64,000 nucleotides of DNA from assembly GCA_963728915.1 (NCBI GenBank), contig CAVSLV010000001.1, positions 1,568,001-1,632,000 on the forward strand. The letters are read 5' to 3'. The notes beneath the pieces are model-generated. The model made no database searches and was not told where the DNA came from. It worked only from the letters and a program-made list of their open reading frames with translations. This DNA comes from an uncultured Gemmatimonadales bacterium (GTDB lineage Bacteria > Gemmatimonadota > Gemmatimonadetes > Gemmatimonadales > GWC2-71-9). Numbering within the stretch: the stretch's first letter is position 1; each line of letters opens with the position of its first letter. Below, piece by piece: positions 51,674 through 60,204 of the stretch. A program made the translations under genes and the position numbers.

Positions 51674-52372
51674 ATGAGATTCATCCCCCGGTTCCTTCCC
51701 GGGCTTCTGGTCGTGCTCGGCGCCGGTTCCCTGTCCGCTCAATCGGCGCGGCTCGACAACAGCGAAGCACCCAAGGTTCGTGACGACCGGTTCAAGTGGG
51801 CGGTCGGCGCGGAAGGTGGGGTGCTCTTCTTCAGTACCCAGCGCCAGACGATGAGCGGCATTCCCGCGGCGGGCGCTCATTTCTCCGTTGTGTCCCGGCG
51901 TGGCGGCGTTCAGCTCGGGGTGGACGAAGCCTTCGGGAGCGACGAGCCGACCGCATTTGTCGATCCCAACAGCGGCAACGTGACCCGGGAAATGCAGTTC
52001 GACCGGATCCGCCGATACGGGGTGACCTTGACCGGGTATCCGGTGCGCGGGATGGTCGAGCCCTATTTCGGCGTCGGCTTCGGAATGCTCCAGGTGATCG
52101 ACCCCCGCTTCGATCCCAACACCGTTTTCACCTCGAACGATCAGGCCGGCCTTTCCCAGGCCACCGCGAAAGACCTGTCCGCTTCCGGTTTTCTATCGTT
52201 CCTCGCCGGCTTTCAGTTCCGGATTTCCGGCGTCGCCGCGTTCGCCCAGTACCAGGTGAACACCGCGCCCCGCCAGGGCGACCTGCTTCGAGGAACCGGT
52301 CAGTCGATCATGGGTGGGCTCAGGATTTCCCTCGGCTCCGCCCGTGAGGACATCAAGGGGGGCGGATACTGA
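51674..52372 (+). CDS. Putative outer-membrane beta-barrel protein
   Basis: SD GGAGG, signal peptide LSA-Q, PYFGVGFG, amphipathic strands. Confidence 0.75.
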   Translation: MRFIPRFLPGLLVVLGAGSLSAQSARLDNSEAPKVRDDRFKWAVGAEGGVLFFSTQRQTMSGIPAAGAHFSVVSRRGGVQLGVDEAFGSDEPTAFVDPNSGNVTREMQFDRIRRYGVTLTGYPVRGMVEPYFGVGFGMLQVIDPRFDPNTVFTSNDQAGLSQATAKDLSASGFLSFLAGFQFRISGVAAFAQYQVNTAPRQGDLLRGTGQSIMGGLRISLGSAREDIKGGGY

Positions 52373-52916
52373 AGCGCAGGGGCCAATCCACTGCTTTCGT
52401 GATCCCGATTCTTGGCGTGACTTCCACAGGAATCGGGATCTTGTTTTTGGGGGCGTAGACCCGCACCGTCGATCGAACCATCAGGACGCCATCCAGCTCT
52501 CGGGTGATCCCCAGCGCCTGAGTCAGCTTCCCCGGCCCGTTGGCCAGGAGGGGATCGCCGACTCGCCCCCGTCGCTTCCGCATGACATCGATTCCCCGCA
52601 GCGGGGCAATCGCGCGGAGTAACACCGCCGAGCCCGCTTCGGGGCCCCGGCACACCAGGTTGGCGCACCAGTGAATACCATAAGACCGGTAGACATACCA
52701 GGTTCCCGGTGGTCCGTAGAGATTCTGATTGCCGGTGTGGAGTCTTCCGAGATATCCGTGAGAGGCGGGGTCCTCGTAGCCGAGATATGCCTCGGTTTCG
52801 ACGATCATCCCGTCGACCAGCCGTCCTCCGATCCTGGAGCGGATCCGCATGCCGAGCAGGTCTCGCGCGACCTGCTCGGCACTCCTGGTGAAGAACCGGG
52901 TTGGGAGGGCGGTCAC
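52353..52916 (-). CDS. mpg: DNA-3-methyladenine glycosylase (AAG/MPG family)
   Basis: VARDLLG, IVETEAY, YVYRSYGIHWCAN, AVLLRA, NGPGKL, TPRIGI. Confidence 0.95.
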   Translation of the reverse strand: MTALPTRFFTRSAEQVARDLLGMRIRSRIGGRLVDGMIVETEAYLGYEDPASHGYLGRLHTGNQNLYGPPGTWYVYRSYGIHWCANLVCRGPEAGSAVLLRAIAPLRGIDVMRKRRGRVGDPLLANGPGKLTQALGITRELDGVLMVRSTVRVYAPKNKIPIPVEVTPRIGITKAVDWPLRFSIRPP

Positions 52917-54451
52917 GCCCCTTTCTTGGGACGGGGCGTGCTCTTCCTTCTTGGCGAACCGGTGCGACGCTTCGGCTTCTCCGGGGCCGGTTCGGGCGGC
53001 GGCGGCTCGGGGGAGCCGAACTGCACCATACCGACCATCGGTATTTCCGGCGGTCGGCTGAGCGCCCTCGAACCTCTCCGGAACCGGAGGGCAGCATTGC
53101 GAGGGGCGCCGGCAGCGGCAGGCGCCCCGGCTTCTCCGTTCTCCTGCGGCTCGACCCGGGCGGGTGGAGCGGCCGGAACGAACTCACCAAGCACCGGCCC
53201 GACACGTCGGGTGATCTCATACTCGTGTTCGGTGACCTTCCGAACGTCGGCAATTTCCGCGTCGTGGGCCTGGCGAAGGAATCGGGGGAAACGCTCCGCC
53301 TCGAGGAGAGGATCTTCCTTGCCATGAAGGGCGGCCATCCGGGCCCGGACCAGGTCCGATCCCACCGGCGAGGGGAGCTCCGACAACGCTCGCGAGAGGA
53401 GCTGGAACGAAGCGGCGAGCGTGAGGTTGCCATCGGTCTCGGCGGACTGGCGGACGGGCGGACGGGAGGACGGGCGGGCGGTCCGGGCGGTCCGGGCGGA
53501 CGGGCGGACCGGCGGGCCGGCGGACGGCTGGGTTGTCCGGCGCCCCCGACCTCGGCGACCGTTCTCCGGCGCCACAGCGGCCTGGGGCTCGGCTGTCCGG
53601 TGTGCGGGGGCCCTCTGTCCACCCGTCCGCCGGCCCGCCGGTTCGCCCGTCCGCCCATCGGCCGGTCCAATTTCGAACTGGCCGTTCTCGAGCTTGCTGA
53701 CCTTGATGAGGCCCCGGGACCCGGCCTCGGTGACGAACTTGCTGAATCGGTTGAACCCCGCGTTCCGTTCGTCGAAATTGGGATCGATCTGCTGCATCAC
53801 CTGCTTGAGCCGGTCCGACCGCATGACGTCCCGGTTCCGGGTCATCTGGGCCACGGCTTCTCCCACCAGCTCCCAGGGATCCCGCTGCGCGGAGGAGGGT
53901 TCCTCCTCCCGGGTCAGTCCGGCCAGATCGCTGTAGGAGTAGTACTCGTCACAGTTCTGGATCAGCAGATCGCTGGCCGACTCCCGGATACCGACGCCAA
54001 CCACATACTTCCCATACTCCTTGAGCTTGATGACCAGGGAGGAGAAGTCGCTGTCACCCGAGAGAAGGATGAAGGTCCCGATCTCCTGCCGGGTGAAGAC
54101 CAGCTCGATGGCATCGACCGCGAGGCGGATATCGGTGGCGTTCTTCTTGTTGGTTCCGAAGGCGGGGGCGAAGATCAGGTCGATCGACGATTCCGACAGG
54201 GGAACGATGTATTGCGGATAGCGGCGCCAGTCGGCATAGGCCCGCTGGACCGCCACTTTGCCCTTGATGATGTGACTGTTCAGCAGGGTGCGCAGCTCCT
54301 TGGTGAGGTCGCTGCGAATTCCGAGCGTGACGTTGTCGAAGTCGATCAGCAGGGCGGCATGGGGGGCGTGATGGACCGGCAGGTGGGCCGGGGTGGGCGG
54401 GGCGGGAGTCTGAACAGACTGGCGCCCGGCCCGATGGGCTGGGGGATTCAC
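52913..54451 (-). CDS. NYN (LabA/DUF88) ribonuclease-domain protein with two LOTUS/OST-HTH-like domains
   Basis: ALLIDFDN, RAYADW, KNATDIRLAVD, LLSGDSDF, LKQ..QQIDPNFDE...GFNRFSKF. Start set at GTG 54451. Confidence 0.88.
   Translation of the reverse strand: MNPPAHRAGRQSVQTPAPPTPAHLPVHHAPHAALLIDFDNVTLGIRSDLTKELRTLLNSHIIKGKVAVQRAYADWRRYPQYIVPLSESSIDLIFAPAFGTNKKNATDIRLAVDAIELVFTRQEIGTFILLSGDSDFSSLVIKLKEYGKYVVGVGIRESASDLLIQNCDEYYSYSDLAGLTREEEPSSAQRDPWELVGEAVAQMTRNRDVMRSDRLKQVMQQIDPNFDERNAGFNRFSKFVTEAGSRGLIKVSKLENGQFEIGPADGRTGEPAGRRTGGQRAPAHRTAEPQAAVAPENGRRGRGRRTTQPSAGPPVRPSARTARTARPSSRPPVRQSAETDGNLTLAASFQLLSRALSELPSPVGSDLVRARMAALHGKEDPLLEAERFPRFLRQAHDAEIADVRKVTEHEYEITRRVGPVLGEFVPAAPPARVEPQENGEAGAPAAAGAPRNAALRFRRGSRALSRPPEIPMVGMVQFGSPEPPPPEPAPEKPKRRTGSPRRKSTPRPKKGA
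53441..53657. repeat. GGCGGACG octamer array and inverted arm inside the NYN gene linker
   Basis: GGCGGACTGGCGGACGGGCGGACGGGAGGACGGGCGG...GGCGGACGG, then CCCGTCCGCC...CCCGTCCGCCC. Confidence 0.75.
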
Positions 54452-54730
54452 GATATGGTTTCGTCTCCGCGACCTCCGCGGCTGTCCTCCCTTCCGCTTC
54501 CCGGACCAGTCGGTCAAGGAATTCGGGCGGGGAGCGAACGCGGCGGGGGATCGCCTTTCATGGGAACTCGAACAAAGCCCCATTGGCTCTTTCCTTCCCA
54601 ATCTGGAAAAGCTAGGTAACTCCTTTGCCTGAAGCAAGTTTCCCTGGACTTTGGGACTGCTGCGTCAACGCAACAAGTCAGCGATCTGGGCCAGGCAGAT
54701 CGCCCCAACTAGTTTCGGATGCCGCACCTA

Positions 54731-54745
54731 CGGCTTCGAATTTGC
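54731..54745 (+). promoter_or_regulatory. Candidate sigma54 (-24/-12) promoter
   Basis: CGGCTTCGAATTTGC: GG-N10-GC ending TTGC, 55 nt before ATG 54801. Confidence 0.5.
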
Positions 54746-54800
54746 CCTTTCCGGAGCCGAAGTTCGCCGAGTAGAACCAACTTTCACCGGATGAGCGTGG

Positions 54801-56116
54801 ATGGACATCAGCATCTTCGGCCTAGGATACGTCGGGACGGTTTGCGCCGGTACGCTGGCCTCGGAGGGCCATCGGGTGATCGGCGTCGACGTCAATCCGA
54901 TGAAGGTCAAGGAGGTGAATTCCGGGGTCCCCCCGATCGTGGAACCGGGATTGACCGAGCTCTTCCAGCGGGTGCACGCTGCCGGCAGCCTGCGGGCAAC
55001 TGCCTCCGCGGTCGAGGCGGTAGGGTCGACCAGCATTTCCCTGATTTGCGTCGGCACCCCCAGCCAGCCCAACGGGGATCTCGATCTCGGATATACCGAG
55101 CGGGTCTGCACCGAGATCGGAGAAGCCATTCGGAGCAAACCGGAGCCACACGTGAGTGGTGTTTCGCAGCACGATGCTTCCGGGCTCCACCGAGAAACGG
55201 CTGGTGCCCATCCTGGAAAAGGCCTCCGGGCGACGAGTCGGGAAGGACCTGGTGGTGTGCTACAACCCGGAGTTCCTCCGGGAAGGATCCTCCCTCGAGG
55301 ATTTTTACCATCCTCCCAAGATCGTGGTCGGGTGAAAGCTTTGCCGGCGCCGGCGATCAGGTTCTCGCCCTCTATGAAGGTATCGAGGCGCCCGTGGTGC
55401 GAACCTCCATCCCGATCGCCGAAATGGTGAAGTATTGCGATAACGCCTTCCATGCCCTGAAGATCGGTTTCGCCAACGAAGTCGGAAACATCTGCAAACA
55501 GGTGGGGATCGACAGCCACGAGCTGATGGAGATTTTTTGCCAGGACACCAAGCTCAATCTCTCCCGCGCCTACCTGAAGCCGGGCTTCTCTTTCGGTGGA
55601 TCGTGTCTGCCCAAGGATCTGCGGGCCTTGACCTATCAGGCCAAGCGGTTCGATCTCGCCAGTCCAATCCTGAACGCCATTCTCGAAAGCAATCGCCGGC
55701 AAACCGAGCGGGGCGTGCAGACCATTCTCCGATTCGGGAAAAAGCGGATTGGCTTTCTGGGAATGGCCTTCAAACCCGAAACCGACGACCTGCGGGAAAG
55801 TCCCCTGGTGGAGGTGATTGAAACTCTTCTGGGAAAGGGCTACCAGGTCCAGATCTATGATCGTGGCGTGTCGACCAGTCGCCTGATCGGCGCGAACAAG
55901 CGATTCATCGAGGAGCACATCCCCCATCTTTCGGCGCTCCTGGTGGATGATGCGAAGACCATGCTGGAAGGATCCGATCTTGTCGTCGTGGGGCATGCCA
56001 ACCCGGAGTTCGAGCAGCTTCTGGCCGGCCTCCGTCCCGACCAGATCGTGATCGATCTGGCCCGGGGGGCCAGTCCAACCGGGACGCCGGCGCGGTACGA
56101 AGGCTTTTCCTGGTAA
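54801..56116 (+). pseudogene. GDP-mannose/UDP-glucose 6-dehydrogenase family gene with two +1 frameshifts (pseudogene or sequencing error)
   Basis: GLGYVG and CVGTP in the first frame; RSTMLPG..NPEFLREG in the second frame after an extra A at 55155; EMVKY..FGGSCLPKD..AFKPETDDLRESP in the third frame after an extra G at about 55330. Confidence 0.85.
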
Positions 56117-57330
56117 TGAGGCTGCTGGTCGTCGCGGGCGAGGTTCCCGCCACTGCCAACATGCCCGGTTCACCTCGACTATTCAGCCTCTGTCAGGTCC
56201 TGGCCGCTCGACACCAGCTGTTCCTCGCGACGTTCACCGAAGACTCGACCCGTTTGGATGCGTTCCGAGCCGATCCGGGCACGGCGGGAGTGTTCCGGGA
56301 CATCACGGTTCTCCCCGCGGCGCCGCCGCATACCTGGTGGGGAACCCAGGCGCATCGACTGCACCGAGAGCCACATCTCAGTACCAGGCAACGCCACCCG
56401 GAGTACCATGGCATGATCTCGCAGTCCATCGCCGACCTGGTGCGGAGATGGAACATCGAGGTGGTGCACGTGGACGGGCTGCGCAGCACGCAGTACGTCA
56501 CGGATGCCGGCATCGCCTGTCCGGCGGTGGTGGACCTTCATGATTCGCTGAGCCTCCTCTATTCCCGCAAGGTTCCCCTGGAGCGGAGCTGGATTCGCCG
56601 CCAGGCGTTGCGGGCCGAAACCAGAAGCCTGGCGCGCTGGGAACGATCGCTCGGCCGGGACTTCTCGGCCGTCATCACCAATTCACCCGTGGACGAGGCG
56701 TTCATCCGCCGCTTGAACCCCACGGCGAAGGTCCTGACCATCGAGAACGGCGTAGACGGAGGGTTCTTTCGACCCGGCAAGGTCCGGGGAGATTCCCGGA
56801 TCCTCCTCTTCACCGGCGTGATGAGTTACGGCCCCAACGAAGATGCGGCGCTGTATTTCCTCGAGTCGATCCTGCCCGCGGTTCAGGCCGCGATCCCCGA
56901 GGTCCGCTTCCAAGTGGTGGGACGATCGCCGGGACCACAGATCCGTGAGCTCGCCAGCCGTCCCGGCGTGGAGGTTCCGGGCGAGGTGCCGGACGTCCGG
57001 CCCTACCTCGAGGAAGCCGGGATATTCGTGTGTCCTTTGCGCTGGGGGGCGGGGGTCAAGAACAAGGTGCTTGCGGCGCTCGCCATGGGGAAACCGGTGG
57101 TCGCCAGCAGTCTGAGTATCGAGGGCCTCGACCTCCAGGACCGGACCCATCTTCTCATTGCCGATGATCCGGCCGAGTTCGCCGAACGGGTCATCGGTCT
57201 GATCAGGGAGCCAGCCCGAGCCGAAGCGATGGGAAAACGGGGTCAGGAGGCGGTGCTCACCAGGTACTCGTGGGAACACAGCGCCCGAACTCTGGAAGGG
57301 GTCCTGACGCCGCTGGTGTCACCGGGTTAG
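56116..57330 (+). CDS. GT4-family glycosyltransferase
   Basis: ENGVD, FTGVMSYGPNEDA, VPDVRPY, PLRWGAGVKNKVL, AMGKPVV. Confidence 0.9.
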   Translation: MRLLVVAGEVPATANMPGSPRLFSLCQVLAARHQLFLATFTEDSTRLDAFRADPGTAGVFRDITVLPAAPPHTWWGTQAHRLHREPHLSTRQRHPEYHGMISQSIADLVRRWNIEVVHVDGLRSTQYVTDAGIACPAVVDLHDSLSLLYSRKVPLERSWIRRQALRAETRSLARWERSLGRDFSAVITNSPVDEAFIRRLNPTAKVLTIENGVDGGFFRPGKVRGDSRILLFTGVMSYGPNEDAALYFLESILPAVQAAIPEVRFQVVGRSPGPQIRELASRPGVEVPGEVPDVRPYLEEAGIFVCPLRWGAGVKNKVLAALAMGKPVVASSLSIEGLDLQDRTHLLIADDPAEFAERVIGLIREPARAEAMGKRGQEAVLTRYSWEHSARTLEGVLTPLVSPG

Positions 57331-58397
57331 AGCCCCTCCTCCATGCCGGCCCGAGGCAGGTCGAGCGTGAAGAAGAAGCGGGTGCCCACACCCTGGGACG
57401 TCTCCACCTGAAGATCGCCTTTCATCGCCTCCACCAGCTTCCGGCAGATCGACAGGCCCAATCCCGAGCCGGAGAATGCGTATTCCCTCTGCTTCTGGCG
57501 ACGACGGAACGGTTCAAACAGCATCGCCATCGCCTGCGGGGGAATCCCGCGTCCGGTGTCCCGCACCGAGAATTCGATGGTCGAAGGCCCTTGTTCGCGC
57601 GCGATGACCTGCACACTCCCTTCATCGGTGAATTTGAGCGCATTGGTCGTCAGGTTGAGCAGCACCCTCGAAATGGCGACCGGATAGCCGGTCCGGAGAC
57701 CGTCGGCGGGACCATCGAGCTTCACTTCGAGGCCCTTCTCTTCGGCGATCGGCTGCACGATGTCCCGGACCGATTCGAGAATGTCACTCACTGAAAACGG
57801 CAGGGGATCGGTTTCAAGCTGGCGCTCGCCTCCCCGGGCAAGCTCGATGACATCGCTGGCCACCGAGGTGAGCCCGAACGCCGCCGCGTAGACCAGGCCG
57901 ATCTGCCGCTCCTGCAGCGGAGTGAGCGGCCCGCTCCGACCTCGTCGGAGGGTTTCCGCCAGGAACAGAATGGAGGTCAGGGGGGACCGCAGGTCGTGAG
58001 CGACCTCTACGACCAGCTCGAGCCCGTCAGGCCCCGAGAGCCGGTCGGTAAAACGGTGCTTCCAGTCGCCCTCCAGCTCCTGTCCGACTTTCTCGAACGC
58101 CTGCAATACTCGAAGCAGGGAGCGACCATCGGGAAGCTTCGGCAAGGACTCGGCCTGGGCAAGAAACGACGTCCTCAGGGATTGGAGAACTCGACGGGTC
58201 AGGTGGTTCTTGGGAAGCCCGGGGAGGCCTTTGCCATCCAGCTCGCACTGCAAGGCGGCGAGCAGGACGCCGACGTGGTTGGCCACCTCATCCGTGGACG
58301 CGGCATCGACGCCGAGCAGTCCCACCGACTCGGCGGCGACGATCTCCCCGGCCCGCTGGAGGGCGTCCATGAACGTGGGCGCCTTCCCGGAGGTCAC
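57327..58397 (-). CDS. Soluble histidine kinase (HisKA plus HATPase)
   Basis: AHDLRSPL H-box, NLTTNALKFT, DTGRG, GSGLGL; no TM segment. Confidence 0.92.
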   Translation of the reverse strand: MTSGKAPTFMDALQRAGEIVAAESVGLLGVDAASTDEVANHVGVLLAALQCELDGKGLPGLPKNHLTRRVLQSLRTSFLAQAESLPKLPDGRSLLRVLQAFEKVGQELEGDWKHRFTDRLSGPDGLELVVEVAHDLRSPLTSILFLAETLRRGRSGPLTPLQERQIGLVYAAAFGLTSVASDVIELARGGERQLETDPLPFSVSDILESVRDIVQPIAEEKGLEVKLDGPADGLRTGYPVAISRVLLNLTTNALKFTDEGSVQVIAREQGPSTIEFSVRDTGRGIPPQAMAMLFEPFRRRQKQREYAFSGSGLGLSICRKLVEAMKGDLQVETSQGVGTRFFFTLDLPRAGMEEGL

Positions 58398-59941
58398 CCG
58401 GCTGCGTCCTCGGACGAGGCGCGGACCAGCTGGTGCTTTTCCATCAATCGGTAGAGAGTGGTCCGGTCGACTCCAGCGAGCCGAGCGGCCTTGGACATGT
58501 TGTTGTTGGCGCGGGCGACCAGGGAGACGAGGTATTCCTTCTCGAACTGCGCCACGACCCGGTCCTTGGCAACGTGATAGGGCTCGCTCGAATGCACCGG
58601 TCCGACCGCGAGGCCCGGGCCGGGACGGTCAGCGCTGCTGGAAGCTCCGCCCTCCTCGTCATAGAGCGGGATATCGCCGGGCTGTACTACCTGATCGGGC
58701 TCCAGCAGCACCGCGGCGTGTTCGATGACGTTCTGAAGCTCGCGGACATTCCCTCTCCAGGGGCGGGAACGGAGAAAAGCGATGCTCTCATCGCTCAGCC
58801 GGGGACACCGCCCCGGCATCTGGCGGTGCCGGTGCCAGTAATAAGTGAGGAAATGATTGGCCAGCAGAGGAATGTCTTCCTGGCGTTTCCGCAGCGGCGG
58901 CAGGGTGATCGGAACGACTCGCAGGCGGTAGAAGAGATCTCCTCGCAGGATCCCGCTATCGACCGCCTCCTGGGGATCCCGGTTCGTGGCGGAGATGAAC
59001 CGCACGTCGACCTGGGCATCGGTCGATTCCGACCCCACCCGACGGACCACCCCGTCCTGGATGACCCGGAGCAGTTTGGCCTGGAGGGCCAGGGGCATCT
59101 CGGTAAGCTCATCCAGAAAGAGGGTGCCGCCATTCGCGGTTTCCAGCAGACCGGGCTTGTCGCGGTCGGCGCCGGTAAAGGCGCCCTTCCGGTGGCCGAA
59201 CATCTCCGACTCCAGCAGCGGTTCGGGAAGCGCAGCGCAATTGATCGGCACGATCACCTTCTTGTTCCGCCGGCTGTGCTCGTGAATGAACTGGGCGAAC
59301 ACTTCCTTCCCGGTTCCACTCTCGCCGCTGATGAAGACGCTCGCGTCGGTGGGAGCCACTTTCCGAGCCAGCTCCACCGCCTTGCGGAACAGGGGGGAAA
59401 TCCCGATCAGCGTCAGCGAGCCGCCGGCGGTGTGCTGTTCGAGCACCTGCTGCCGCAGCTCGCTGGCTTCCCGGTTCACCATGACCGCATGGGACGCCCG
59501 GCCGACCAGAACCTGGAGGTGGGTCGCCGAAAACGGCTTGGGCAGATAATCCCAGGCGCCGGCCCGCAGGGCTTCGATGCTCGAGCTGACGCTCGGGTTC
59601 CCGGTCATCACGACCACGATCATGTCGCGATTGGAGTCGAGCGCGGTTCGCAGAAGGTCGAGTCCGGATACCTGGGACATGTACAGATCGACCAGCATGA
59701 TGTCGAAACGCCGCTGCTTGACGAGCTCCAGGGCCTCCTCGCCCCGGCCAGCCAGGGTTACCGAGAAGCCGTCCATCTGGAGCACACTGGCGCAACTCTC
59801 CCGAAGGGTGCGTTCATCGTCGACGAGCAGGATCCGGATCCCGGCCTTGATCTCCGGGGCAATAGAAAGGGGATCGCGAGGTGCCTTGGCATCGCGCGGC
59901 CGATTCTCCCGGTCCGACCCTGCAGTTAGCGGACTTCCCAT
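58394..59941 (-). CDS. Sigma54-dependent response regulator (NtrC family)
   Basis: Receiver LLVDD..DLYM..KPF, GESGTGKE, GAFTGA, LFLDE, WRGNVREL, Fis-type HTH. Confidence 0.95.
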   Translation of the reverse strand: MGSPLTAGSDRENRPRDAKAPRDPLSIAPEIKAGIRILLVDDERTLRESCASVLQMDGFSVTLAGRGEEALELVKQRRFDIMLVDLYMSQVSGLDLLRTALDSNRDMIVVVMTGNPSVSSSIEALRAGAWDYLPKPFSATHLQVLVGRASHAVMVNREASELRQQVLEQHTAGGSLTLIGISPLFRKAVELARKVAPTDASVFISGESGTGKEVFAQFIHEHSRRNKKVIVPINCAALPEPLLESEMFGHRKGAFTGADRDKPGLLETANGGTLFLDELTEMPLALQAKLLRVIQDGVVRRVGSESTDAQVDVRFISATNRDPQEAVDSGILRGDLFYRLRVVPITLPPLRKRQEDIPLLANHFLTYYWHRHRQMPGRCPRLSDESIAFLRSRPWRGNVRELQNVIEHAAVLLEPDQVVQPGDIPLYDEEGGASSSADRPGPGLAVGPVHSSEPYHVAKDRVVAQFEKEYLVSLVARANNNMSKAARLAGVDRTTLYRLMEKHQLVRASSEDAAG

Positions 59942-60001
59942 ACCCTCCAGCCAGTTCGATCAGGTTGGTGCGCGTCGAAATCGCGCTCGCCTCATGAAAG
60001 G

Positions 60002-60016
60002 GCGAAAACTGTGCCG
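60002..60016 (-). promoter_or_regulatory. Candidate sigma54 promoter for the regulator-kinase pair
   Basis: Minus strand CGGCACAGTTTTCGC: GGCAC...GC with exact GG-N10-GC spacing. Confidence 0.5.
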
Positions 60017-60175
60017 CAGGCGTAACACAGGGTCACCGAGCGATGCAACACAATGCTAGACATGGCGATGCGTTGTCGCAACATGGGTGTCATTGGTGGG
60101 CAACACCTGGGCGTAACGCCACGGAGGCTCGGAGCGGGGATCATAGTGCGCAAGGGGCGACGAATAGCTAGGTTG

Positions 60176-60191
60176 CGGTATCGCAATTGCA
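60176..60191 (+). promoter_or_regulatory. Candidate sigma54 promoter for wzc
   Basis: CGGTATCGCAATTGCA: GG-N10-GC ending TTGCA. Confidence 0.55.
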
Positions 60192-60204
60192 CGGGTGCGA
60201 CAGC

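Noticed and set aside
54719..55330. N-terminal part of the 465-aa ORF 54719-56116 as real protein
   Set aside because: Out-of-frame read-through; the true dehydrogenase N-terminus is in the frame starting at 54801.
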